A DNA stretch of 64,000 bases from Prasinococcaceae sp. CCMP 1430 (lineage: Eukaryota > Plantae > Prasinodermophyta). The stretch spans positions 66,204 through 130,203 of the forward strand of contig RQSC01000958.1 of the NCBI GenBank assembly GCA_013416795.1, in the 5' to 3' direction. The position numbers and the translations under genes were made by a program. Under the pieces are notes generated by a model. The model was given only the letters and a program-made list of their open reading frames with translations. It was not told the DNA's origin and ran no database searches. Shown one piece after another: positions 55,064 to 64,000 of this stretch (its first letter is position 1; each line of letters begins with the position of its first letter).

Positions 55064-55169
55064 AAGACCCTTCGCGGGGGGGGGCACACAGAGGCCCGCG
55101 CATGCACACGACCGCACGCGCAGATGCACGCGTGCGCGCACACGCGCCGGGGGCGCCGCCCCCGCCTCC

Positions 55170-55409
55170 GCCGCCGGCGCGCTACCGTACGAGCTCCAGC
55201 CTTCGGAGATCGCCTCCATCGCCGTGGCGGACGACGACGCGGGCGGGCCGCGGCTGCTCGTGGCGGGCTTCGGCTCCCTCCTCTCCGAGCGAAGCGCGCG
55301 CTCCACCTTCCCTGAGCTGCGCGGCTTCCGCGTGGGCGCGCTGCCGGGCTTCCGGCGCGTGTTTGCGCACGCGTGCGACGTCTTCCTTGACAACGGCATC
55401 GCCGACCTG
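55170..55409 (+). CDS. Exon fragment of a GGCT/ChaC-like fold protein, truncated by a (TG)n intron and gap
   Basis: LLVAGFGSLLSERSARSTFPELRGFRVGALPGFRRVFAH (GxGSL motif of gamma-glutamylcyclotransferase-like proteins); GTGCGT donor at 55410. Confidence 0.65.
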
Positions 55410-55429
55410 GTGCGTGCGTGCGTGCGTGC

Positions 55430-55487
<58 letters not shown>

Positions 55488-55501
55488 NNNNNNNNNNNNN
55501 N
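55410..55501. repeat. (GCGT)n/(TG)n microsatellite followed by a 14-N gap (55488-55501)
   Basis: Directly visible. Confidence 0.95.
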
Positions 55502-56927
55502 GTCTGCGCGCGGCGCCCCGCCGCGCGGCCACCGTCGCGGCGGACGTGCCCGCCACTGTGCCGCCGGCAGGCGTGTACGCCGCGGCGGCGAACGTCGCCG
55601 CCGTCAAGGCGTCCTACCCGCTGGCCAAGACGCTCGCGTTGGGCCTCAGCGCGGGCATGCTCATCGGCCTCGGTGCCGGGCTCATGTCGCACGTGGGCGG
55701 CACGTCGCCGGCGCTCGCCGCTGCCAACCCGGGCGCTTGCGACATCCTCAAGGGCCTCATCGGCCTGCCTTGCGGCCTCACGTTGGTGGTGCTCACTGGA
55801 GCGGAGCTCTTCACTGGCAACGTCTTCGTCATGCTTTCGGGGCTCATGGAGGGCACCGTCGAGGTATGCACGATTGCCGGCCCAGCGCTTGTGCTCGCCA
55901 GCAGAGCCCGATCGCGTCGCTGACGAGCACCGCGCGCATACGCCGTCTCTCTCGCACGTCGCGCGCGCGCAGGTGCGCGACCTCGTGAAGAGCTGGATCA
56001 CGTCCTGGACCGCCAACTTCGCAGGCGCGGCCCTCATGGCGTGGATGTGCTTCCACGCCAAGACGATGGCCGCGGGCCCCTTCCTGGCCGTCGCCAAGGG
56101 CATGGCGGTGGCCAAGTGCTCCATCCCGCTCTTCTCAGTGTTCATGAAGGTGCGTGCGCCGCGGATACATGCGCACCCGAAAGGAGCGCGCGCGCCTGGG
56201 AGAGCCGGCGACGTGTTCTCAGGCGCGGTACTGACACGCGCGATATCTCTCAACTTTGTACCCGCACACTGCGTGCGCGCGTGCTGGCGCCCATCATCTC
56301 CGCGCACGCATTCGCAGGGGGTGCTCTGCAACTACCTCGTGTGCCTGGGCGTGTGGGGCGCGATGTCGAGCACCGACGTCGGTGGAAAGGTGCGAGCACG
56401 GTGCCTGGACGCGTGATTGCATGCGCTCGGATGGCCCCTGCCGTGCAGTCGCCCGCGCCGGCGAATGCGCCGGCGGAGCGCGCGTGTGCTCGTGCTCACG
56501 CCCGCCAATGCACGCGCGCGCGGGCGCCACGCAGATCTTGGCAATCCTGTTGCCCGTGTCGGCATTTGTGGCCATGGGGTTCGAGCACAGCGTGGCGAAC
56601 ATGTTCCTCCTCCCACAGGTGAGCGTGCGCCCAGGCGCGCGGCGCTCGCATCGCCCACGTCAGCGCAATGGTCACACATCGATCCCACCATGCGCTGCAC
56701 GCCAGACGCTCGCCCGCAGTACTGACTCCTGCATGTGGCGTGCACTTCGGCTCGCGCGCGCGCGCGCACGCGGAAATGACCGCACACAGGGCATGCTGCA
56801 CGGCGCGCCCATTACATTCGCCGACATGATGCTGAAGAACATCATCCCCGTGACCCTGGGCAACATCGTTGGCGCCGGGCTCTTCGTGGCGGGTATCCAC
56901 GCGATCGCCTACAACACGTACAACTAG
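55502..56927 (+). CDS. NAR1: Formate/nitrite transporter (plastid nitrite transporter); exons 55502-55863, 55973-56149, 56318-56389, 56535-56618, 56790-56927; 5' end in gap
   Basis: LGLSAGMLIGLG, GLPCGLTLVVLTGAELFTGN, WTANFAG, GVLCNYLVCLGVW, AFVAMGFEHSVANMF, NIIPVTLGNIVG. Four GT-AG introns in phase. Confidence 0.93.
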
Positions 56928-57344
56928 GAGGATCCACGGGCCGGTCCCCGACGACATCGCCGACTGCACCTACCACTGAGGACTTGATGAGTAGGATGGG
57001 TGTGGGGTGCGAGCCATCGCCGCAGGCGCGCGCTGGCGCTCATCGCGCCGCTCCTTAAGATGACAGTTTACCTCAGTAGTCCCCGGACACCCCCCCCACC
57101 CACCCATTGCCCCGCCCGCCGCAACGAGCGCACAGGCGGAGCGACGCGTTCGTGCGGACGCTCGGTGCTGCTGAGGGTGTGAAAAAATCACTAACTTTTC
57201 GAACAATTACGGAGTACTTCTGCTTCAATCAGTGCAACCCTCCCCTTCGTTCTATTAGTGGAACTGCCGCATCTACTAGCTAGGGATGAGTGTGCCCACC
57301 CACGCGCACATGACGCGCACGCGGGCGCTTGCACGCCCGTGCGC

Positions 57345-58227
57345 TTACTTGCCGGCGGCAGCCTTGGCGTGCGGCGACAGAACCATGTCCCAGAGCATGT
57401 AACCGGTGATGATGGCGGGGCCCAGGACGGCGGAGATGATCACGCCGGTAACAAGGCCGGGCGTCACGGGGTTGATGGCCGACACGGTGAACTGACCCTC
57501 GCTCATGCCGTAGCCGATGTAAGTGTCGGGCTCGTCTCCGTGGATGTAGATCTTGATGAAGTAGTCGCCGTCCGGGGTGTCCTCGTCGAACATGTGCGTG
57601 TACGTGCCCGTGGACGCGTCCGCACCCACGACAACCTTGTTCGTGCACTGAGCCTTCAGGTTCTTCTTGATGTCGTCCTTGGGCTTGCGCCACTTGCGGC
57701 CCTTCAACACGCCAGCGTCGTAGCACGCGGCGATGGTGACCTTGAGGTCGTCAGCGGGGACAACGCCATCCTTGGCGGTCCAGGTGACGGTGATGGTGTC
57801 CTCCTCCTCTTCGGCCTTCACGACGGGGCGCGGCTCCACGAGAGTCGGATAGGCCGTGCCCTTGACGGCAAGGGTGACGTCCAGCACGTTGTCGCTGCGG
57901 GGGGCGGGCGTGTGGGGCGCGGGCGAAATGCGGAGCGTCCGCGCATCCAAGTCAGCGCGGAGTCGGAGCTCGCGCACACCCATCTCCGCACTCGAGCCCT
58001 CGCGCGCGCTGGCGCAAGCGCTCGCGTGCGCGTCGCTATCGCCCTGCGCGCGCAGCTCGGTGGCGCTGCGCCGTGTGCGCATCCCATGAACCGCGCCGCA
58101 GACGCATCCCGCGCGCAACGCACATCTCCGACTCGAGCTTGGAGGCGGCGGCGGCGGCGCCGGTCGCCGCCGAGGCGATGCCGAGCGCAGCCGCGGCGAA
58201 GGCGAACGACCTCTTGCTGATCGCCAT
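57345..58227 (-). CDS. NAR2: High-affinity nitrate transport accessory protein NAR2/NRT3; intron 57895-58123
   Basis: Signal peptide; DTITVTW..AACY..GRKWRKPKDDIKK..C, DTPDGDYFIKIY, C-terminal TM; divergent from NRT2. Confidence 0.87.
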
Positions 58228-59955
58228 GACTGGCGTGTGGGGTAGGATGGCCGAGTGGGGTCGGGCGGGCAGTGGCTGTGTGTGGCGTGCACAGTGTGGC
58301 GCCGCCTCGCCCGCGCCTGGACAACTTTTTCCCCTTTGGGCGCGCCCCCCCCTCCCCCGCTCCGAGAGCGCGCGCGCGCCGGGCGCGCGCGCGCACTCGC
58401 GGCCCACAGCCCCACCATGAGTTCGCATTGCGAGCATACCTTGGCCGGACGTTGGGACGGAACTCATGGGGGTTGGGCCCGTCGCCCCGGCTCGCGCGCT
58501 AACAAGCAGCCAACAACCCCCCTCGATGCGATCCCGGCTCTGACAGCCTGGCCCCGCCTCTCACCCGCCGCGCGCGCGCGCGTTCCCCGCGCGCGCCGAG
58601 CCGACGCCGTTGCCCCATCCCGCGTGGGGGGCCGCGCCGCATAGCGCGCATATGGGGGATTGCGATATCCCTGGCGCGTGTCCCTTCAGGCCGCGCGCGC
58701 GCCGCGCGCGCCCGTCTCGCCTTCGACCTGATGACCTGGCGCAAACCGCGCGGCCACGCGGCCGCGCCTGCCCCTCCACGCACGCCGCGCCAGCCACCGC
58801 CAGCCACCGCCTGCAAGCAGCAAGCGAGGGGGGAACCGCCGCGCGCCGGCGCGCCGCGCACCCGCGCAGCCAGACAGCCAGGCGTAGCTTACTTACGCAG
58901 AGCGTGCTGCAGGTGCAGGTGGGTGTGGGTGTGGGGCCCTACCAACCACCACCACCCACCAAAAACAAAACCCCACCGCGCGCACGACCGCCGATGTTAC
59001 CACCGCAGCAGCCCCCGCCGGGCAAGACGGAGCGCCGACGTAACACCGGTACCGTCCCGCGTCCTGTCGGTGACTGCAGCGGGCCCTCGCGCCGCTCGCC
59101 GCTCGCTCGTCGTGCTGTACGTCTCGGGGGTTCGGTCGGTGGGCCACCCGCAGCAAATCTCGCGGTTATGCATAACGGTCCATCACTTTCGTTACGGCGC
59201 CGCCCCTTGGGTTCTCGCACGGACCCGCTCATGTGGGCAGCCCGAGGGGGCTTTTCGTCGGGCGCGTTCGAAATTGTTGGTTTTGGGGTTTTGGCAGGCG
59301 GCGCGGGGTTTCGCGCGCGCGTTTGGCGGGAAAGAACGCGCGCGCGTTTCGCGGGTTGTTAACATCGTTCCCCCAACGCGCGCGCGGGCCCCGGGGAACC
59401 CATGGGCGCCTTTGCGTGCTCGCGTCGTGTGAGTTGATGCGAAGGTTGACGGAGTGTGGCTTTGACGTCGCCGCGTGGAAGGAGCGGCAGAGTATGATGA
59501 CGCTCAGCAACAAAGAAAAACAAGGTGGGGCAAAAAGGCTTTGATTTTGACATGTGCTCAACACTGTGTGATGTCTTGGCGCGTAGGCGCTGGCAGCAGC
59601 AGCACCGAAGGCAGGCAGCAGCAGCGCGCGCGGGCGCCCTGCGCCGGACAGAGGGGTCGGGCGCGAGCGCGGGGCGCGCCACACACGCAAGCGGGGCCGC
59701 GCCTGCGGCGCCGNNNNNNNNNNNNNNNNNNNNNNNNNNNNNNNNNNNNNNGCCAACGGGGCGCGCGCCATTCGTTCTGATGGCGGGCGCGGAGTGTGCT
59801 GCGCGCATGCGCGGGGGTTGGGCGCGGCCCGCGCGCGCGCGCCGCCGAGGGGGGAGCGCGCGCGGCCGCTGCGGTGCCACTCCGCGCACACAGTGCGCGA
59901 CGCACCAAGGGTGCACCTACAGGCTCACACCTGTACCCCCCCCCCCTAACCAACC
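58228..59955. promoter_or_regulatory. Divergent NAR2/NRT2 intergenic (bidirectional promoter) region, with an N gap at 59714-59751
   Basis: Lies between the two start codons; much longer than most spacers in the window; clustered GTTA/TAAC motifs. Confidence 0.6.
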
Positions 59956-61560
59956 ATGGGTCTCGAGGGCCCCATCGGCAAGTCCGTCGCGGATGGCGCC
60001 GAGCCGGGTGACTCCATGCGTGGTGTCTCCGCCTCCACCCCCGCCATGAACTCGGCGGCTGACGACGCCACCGCCTTCGCGGCCGGCACCAAGTTCGACC
60101 TCCCCGTCGACCCGGAGAACAAGGCCACCAAGATCAAGCTCCTCTCCATGGCGCAGCCGCACATGCGTGCGTTCCACATCATGTGGATGTCTTTCTTCAC
60201 CTCGTTCGTGTCGACCTTCGCCGCCGCCCCGCTCGGTGCGTACGTGCGCGACGACCTGGGCATGACCAAGAGCACGCTGGCCAACGCCGGTATCGCCTCC
60301 GTGAGTGGCACCATCGCCGCCCGTGTCTTCATGGGCTACGTCTGCGACGCGTTCGGCCCGCGCTACGGCCACGCCTTCCTGCAGCTCGGCACTGCGCCCT
60401 TCATCTTCTGCATGGCCCTCGCGCGCGGCCCGCTCTGGTTCATCATGAGCCGCTTCCTCATCGGCTTCTCGCTGGCCACCTTCGTCGCCACGCAGTACTG
60501 GTCGACCCAGATGTTCACCCCCAAGCTCGTCGGTCTCGCCAACGCCACCACTGGTGGCTGGGGTAACCTCGGCGGCGGTGTGACCAACCTCGTGATGCCG
60601 CTCTTCTTCGCTGGCTTCGCCGGCCAGGGCTACGGCAACTTCACGGCGTGGCGCCTCTGCTTCTTCATCCCCGGCTACATGCACGTGGTTGTGGGCGCTG
60701 CGGTGCTCTTCCTCACCAAGGACCTGCCCGAGGGCACCTACTCCGACCTCCGTCGCTCGGGCAAGCTCCCCGAGCCCGACAACGGTGTCATGAAGTACGG
60801 CTGCCTGAACTACCGCACGTGGTGCCTTGCCATCTCGTACGGCTTCTGCTTCGGCGTCGAGCTCACCATCAACAACATTGCTGCCCTCTACTTCAAGGAC
60901 CACTTCGGTGTCAGCGTGAAGACCGCCGGCCTGCTCGCGGCCGTCTTCGGTGGTACCAACCTTTTCGCGCGCTCGTGGGGTGGCTGGGCCTCGGACTGGA
61001 TTGGCAAGCCCTACGGCATGCGCGGCCGCCTCTGGGCCCTGTGGATCCTCCAGACCGCCGAGGGCGCCCTTTGCGTCGTCATGGGCCTCGTCGAGAAGTC
61101 GCTTACGGCCACCATCATTGCGATGATTCTGTTCTCGCTGTGCGTGCAGGCGTCGGAGGGTGCCTCGTACGGCATCGTGCCCTTCGTGTCCAAGCGCGCG
61201 CTTGGCGTGGTTTCGGGCATTGTCGGTGCCGGCGGTAACGCTGGTGCCGTGATCAACACCTGGTCGTGGTTCAAGAACGACGACATCGAGACCTACGAGG
61301 GCCTCATGTACATGGGCTTCCTTATCATCGGCGTCACCGCCGTCACGGTCTGCCCGGTCTCGTTCCCCCAGTGGGGCGGCATGTTCACCAAGGCCGACCC
61401 CGAGGCCACCGAGGAGGGCTACTACCTCTCGGACTACTCCGAGCAGGAGCTCGCCGAAGGCAAGCAGAAGGCCTCGCTCGTGTTCGCCGCCAACTCGCGC
61501 TCGCAGCGCGGCACCAAGGCGGAGAACCACATCCCCGAGGATGGCGCCGGCCGCCCCTAG
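59956..61560 (+). CDS. NRT2: High-affinity nitrate transporter (MFS, NNP family)
   Basis: FDLPVDPENKAT..QPHMRAFH, FGPRYG, LANATTGGWGNLGGG, FCFGVELT, GMRGRLW, YGIVPFVSKRALGVVSGIVGAGGN, FPQWGGMF. Confidence 0.97.
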   Translation: MGLEGPIGKSVADGAEPGDSMRGVSASTPAMNSAADDATAFAAGTKFDLPVDPENKATKIKLLSMAQPHMRAFHIMWMSFFTSFVSTFAAAPLGAYVRDDLGMTKSTLANAGIASVSGTIAARVFMGYVCDAFGPRYGHAFLQLGTAPFIFCMALARGPLWFIMSRFLIGFSLATFVATQYWSTQMFTPKLVGLANATTGGWGNLGGGVTNLVMPLFFAGFAGQGYGNFTAWRLCFFIPGYMHVVVGAAVLFLTKDLPEGTYSDLRRSGKLPEPDNGVMKYGCLNYRTWCLAISYGFCFGVELTINNIAALYFKDHFGVSVKTAGLLAAVFGGTNLFARSWGGWASDWIGKPYGMRGRLWALWILQTAEGALCVVMGLVEKSLTATIIAMILFSLCVQASEGASYGIVPFVSKRALGVVSGIVGAGGNAGAVINTWSWFKNDDIETYEGLMYMGFLIIGVTAVTVCPVSFPQWGGMFTKADPEATEEGYYLSDYSEQELAEGKQKASLVFAANSRSQRGTKAENHIPEDGAGRP

Positions 61561-61969
61561 AGACATTACTCATAGGAGCTCAATGGCACGCCTCTGCACG
61601 CACGCGTGCGCACATTCCCATCCTTCATTTAGGTCGGATGCCTAGGACATGTACACACGACGCGAACTTTAAAAACTCGATTCGATTCGCACCTCCAGCA
61701 GCACACGCCGAACGCCGGACGCGCGGCCACTCAACAGGCGGGCCTGGCTGCACTAGCACTTCGAAGGTCGCCACCACGTCGGCGCTCCTCGGGCAACACG
61801 TCACCCCGTCCATCCATTTGATGTCAGCCGAGTGAGAGGGACAGGTGACGACGCCGTCGCTCACGCCTGGTGCTCCTGTGGCTCAGCCGCTCTCGACACG
61901 CGCACACACTATACTGTGTGCGCGCGGTGCTACGCGGTAGTATAGATAGATAAGTCCTTACTTCTGCTA

Positions 61970-64000
61970 CTACAAAATATTCCGTGTCAACTCGTCCGCT
62001 CGAAACATGCATGCTAACCACACCAGTCTGGAGAGCTGCGATGGGCGCAGAAAATAGAGCTGGAGCGCCTCCTTCGCCTCCTTGTGCTCAGCTTCGAATT
62101 CGGGCTTGAGCTTGGCGCCAAAGTTGTTGATGAGCAACTCGGTGAGGGAGGGCACCAGGTCGTCCAGGGCGATTGCATCGGGCTCAGCCTCCAGCTGCAG
62201 CTTGCCCGTCTCGCCAATGGTGTCACCCAGGAACACCTTGACGCCCGGCACCGCCTTCATCTTGCCCTCGGCGTTCATCTTCTTGGCGGGGCCACCCATG
62301 AGGCCGATGTCGCCCGCCTGCGCCTGGCCGCACGAGTTGGGGCAGCCCGTCCAGTGGATGCGCACGTCGCGGTCCAGCTCGACGCGCTCCTCGAGCTTGG
62401 CGGCCACCTCCACGGCGTTGTTCTTGGTCTCGATCAGCGCGAAGCCGCAGAACTGCGCGCCGGTGCAGCTGACGAGGTTGGCCTGGATGCGCCCCGGCGC
62501 GACCGACATCCTCGAGCCGCCGTTGAGCAGCGGCTCGGCCAGCAGCGCGTCGACGTCCTCGTCGCGCACGTTGGGCAGGATGAAGTTCTGCTCCACCGTG
62601 AGCCGGATCTCGCCGCCGCTGTACTTGTCCGCCAGGTCGGCGATGCCGCGCGCGTCGGCCACCGACAGCCGGCCCACCGGCACGTGCACGCCCACGCGCG
62701 AGAGCCCCTCCTGGGGCTGCGCATGCACGCCGACGTAGTTCGACACCGGCGTGCCCGTGCGCGGCGCGGGCTCCTTGGGCCGCGGCTGCTGGTCGGCCAC
62801 CACCTTGTCATAGCCCCCGGCCATCGCCTTGAGCTCGGTGACGATCATCTCCTTGTACGACGGATGGGCACGCGCGTGGCCGTCCACCTCGGTCACCTCG
62901 CCGAACGTCTCGACCAACCACATGAGCCGCGCCTTCTGGCGGTTCTTGCGGTCGCTGTTGTCGCGGAAGTGCCGCAGGATGGCCGTCGTCAGCGCCTCAA
63001 CGCAGCCGATATCCGCCGGCACCCACAGGCCCATGTCCACCGACTCGGCCACGCGCTTGCTGCTCATGTAGCCGCCGAGCACCACGTTGAAGCCCATCTC
63101 GCCCGTCTCGGCGTGCGCGCACGGCTGCAGGCCGATGTCGTTGATGTGGGTGTGCGCGAAGTCGTCGCGCGAGCCGGAGATGGCGATGTTGAACTTGCGC
63201 GGCATGTTGCTCCACTCGGGGTTGCCGCGCATGCCCGTCTCCTTGTTGAGCGTGATGAGGTCGTTGAGCGCGACGCAAAAGGGGCGCGTGTCGACCATCT
63301 CGTGCTCGTCAATGCCCGCCAACGGCGAGCCCACCATGTTGCGCACGTTGTCAAGCGCCGACTGGAAGCTCGTCTGGCCGCGCGCGTGCAGCCCATCGAG
63401 GATCTTGTCGGCGTCCTCGATCGCGACGCCGCGCAGCTGGATGTTCTGGCGCGTGGTGATGTCCAGCACGCCGATGTCGTCGCCGTACGGCTCGACGCAG
63501 TCAGCGTAAAATCGCATCGAGTCGGCGTTGGTGATGCCATTGGGCAGCCGCAACCGCATCATGAAGCGGCCGGGCGTCTGCTTGTCGCGGTGCACGAGTC
63601 CCACCCACTTGGCGCGCACGTTGAAGTCCGCCTTCTCGATGTCTGTCCACTCCATCTCGCCCGAGCGCACCGCACGCGCGTACTCATACACGTCGTTGTA
63701 GATCGACGAGGGGTCCTTTGCGAGCTTGGCCTTCTCCACCGGCGAGCCCTTCTCGGCGCGCTCGACCGTCTCCTCGGGCAGGAAGGACGTGCCAGTAGCG
63801 CCGGCCCAGACTGGGCCAGTCTGCGCAGGGAAGGGGCTGCCCGTCACCGGCGAGAGCGCCGCGCCAGCAGCATCCTCAAGCTTCTCCGCGTCGGCGTCTT
63901 TCTTGCCGCGAAGCCACCCGAAAAAATTGCCGGGGAGGAACCCCACGGCCACGGCCGGGGCGCGGCGTGCGCCTGCGGCGGCGCCGCCGCGGGCCCTACG
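61970..64000 (-). CDS. NII1: Ferredoxin-nitrite reductase; transit peptide extends beyond window
   Basis: GRFMMRLRLPNG, DITTRQNIQLRG, DNVRNMVGSPLAGID, PRKFNIAI, siroheme/FeS ligands CTGAQFC and HWTGCPNSCGQAQ. Confidence 0.96.
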   Translation of the reverse strand, partial: RRARGGAAAGARRAPAVAVGFLPGNFFGWLRGKKDADAEKLEDAAGAALSPVTGSPFPAQTGPVWAGATGTSFLPEETVERAEKGSPVEKAKLAKDPSSIYNDVYEYARAVRSGEMEWTDIEKADFNVRAKWVGLVHRDKQTPGRFMMRLRLPNGITNADSMRFYADCVEPYGDDIGVLDITTRQNIQLRGVAIEDADKILDGLHARGQTSFQSALDNVRNMVGSPLAGIDEHEMVDTRPFCVALNDLITLNKETGMRGNPEWSNMPRKFNIAISGSRDDFAHTHINDIGLQPCAHAETGEMGFNVVLGGYMSSKRVAESVDMGLWVPADIGCVEALTTAILRHFRDNSDRKNRQKARLMWLVETFGEVTEVDGHARAHPSYKEMIVTELKAMAGGYDKVVADQQPRPKEPAPRTGTPVSNYVGVHAQPQEGLSRVGVHVPVGRLSVADARGIADLADKYSGGEIRLTVEQNFILPNVRDEDVDALLAEPLLNGGSRMSVAPGRIQANLVSCTGAQFCGFALIETKNNAVEVAAKLEERVELDRDVRIHWTGCPNSCGQAQAGDIGLMGGPAKKMNAEGKMKAVPGVKVFLGDTIGETGKLQLEAEPDAIALDDLVPSLTELLINNFGAKLKPEFEAEHKEAKEALQLYFLRPSQLSRLVWLACMFRADELTRNIL

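Noticed and set aside
2048-58123. Introner-like repetitive introns
   Set aside because: The ~20 inferred introns share only donor, branch and acceptor motifs. No body similarity or terminal repeats were seen by eye.
421-64000. Hundreds of long overlapping/antisense ORFs (e.g. 421-2310, 8074-10020, 59917-61566)
   Set aside because: Shadow frames of high-GC genes; Arg/Ala/Pro-rich with no motifs.

Overview
Compact, very GC-rich eukaryotic nuclear DNA, most consistent with a prasinophyte-type green alga. The evidence is short GT-AG introns with GTGCGY/GTGAGC donors and CTGAC branch points, plastid-type genes, and a plant-type PRP38. About 33 protein-coding genes or fragments are recognisable, mostly head-to-head or tail-to-tail with tiny spacers. 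In order: PP2C (3' end), PRP38, an OB-fold/Zn protein resembling SHLD2/RPA70, an Hsp100/Clp ATPase, an FkbM methyltransferase, four glycosyltransferase-like genes, VPS51, an ING-Tudor protein, COG6 and SCD2-like fragments in a badly assembled stretch (16.3-19.8 kb), sHSP20, TTC4, an ankyrin protein, RPP30, a HAD hydrolase, a 2000-aa SHOC1/ZIP2 meiotic crossover protein, an alpha/beta-hydrolase, an F-box/LRR protein, and a nitrate assimilation cluster (NAR1, NAR2, NRT2, nitrite reductase) running off the right end. The most interesting leads are SHOC1 (cryptic meiosis), the SHLD2-like OB protein, ING with Tudor instead of PHD, a candidate bicistronic locus, a palindromic TGTACA at 3' ends of convergent genes, a lone in-frame TAG or 42-nt mini-intron, a Clp lacking both M-domain and IGF loop, and clustered GTTA/TAAC sites in the NAR2/NRT2 promoter. 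All family calls come from motif recognition by eye, with no database searches. Intron boundaries were inferred manually.
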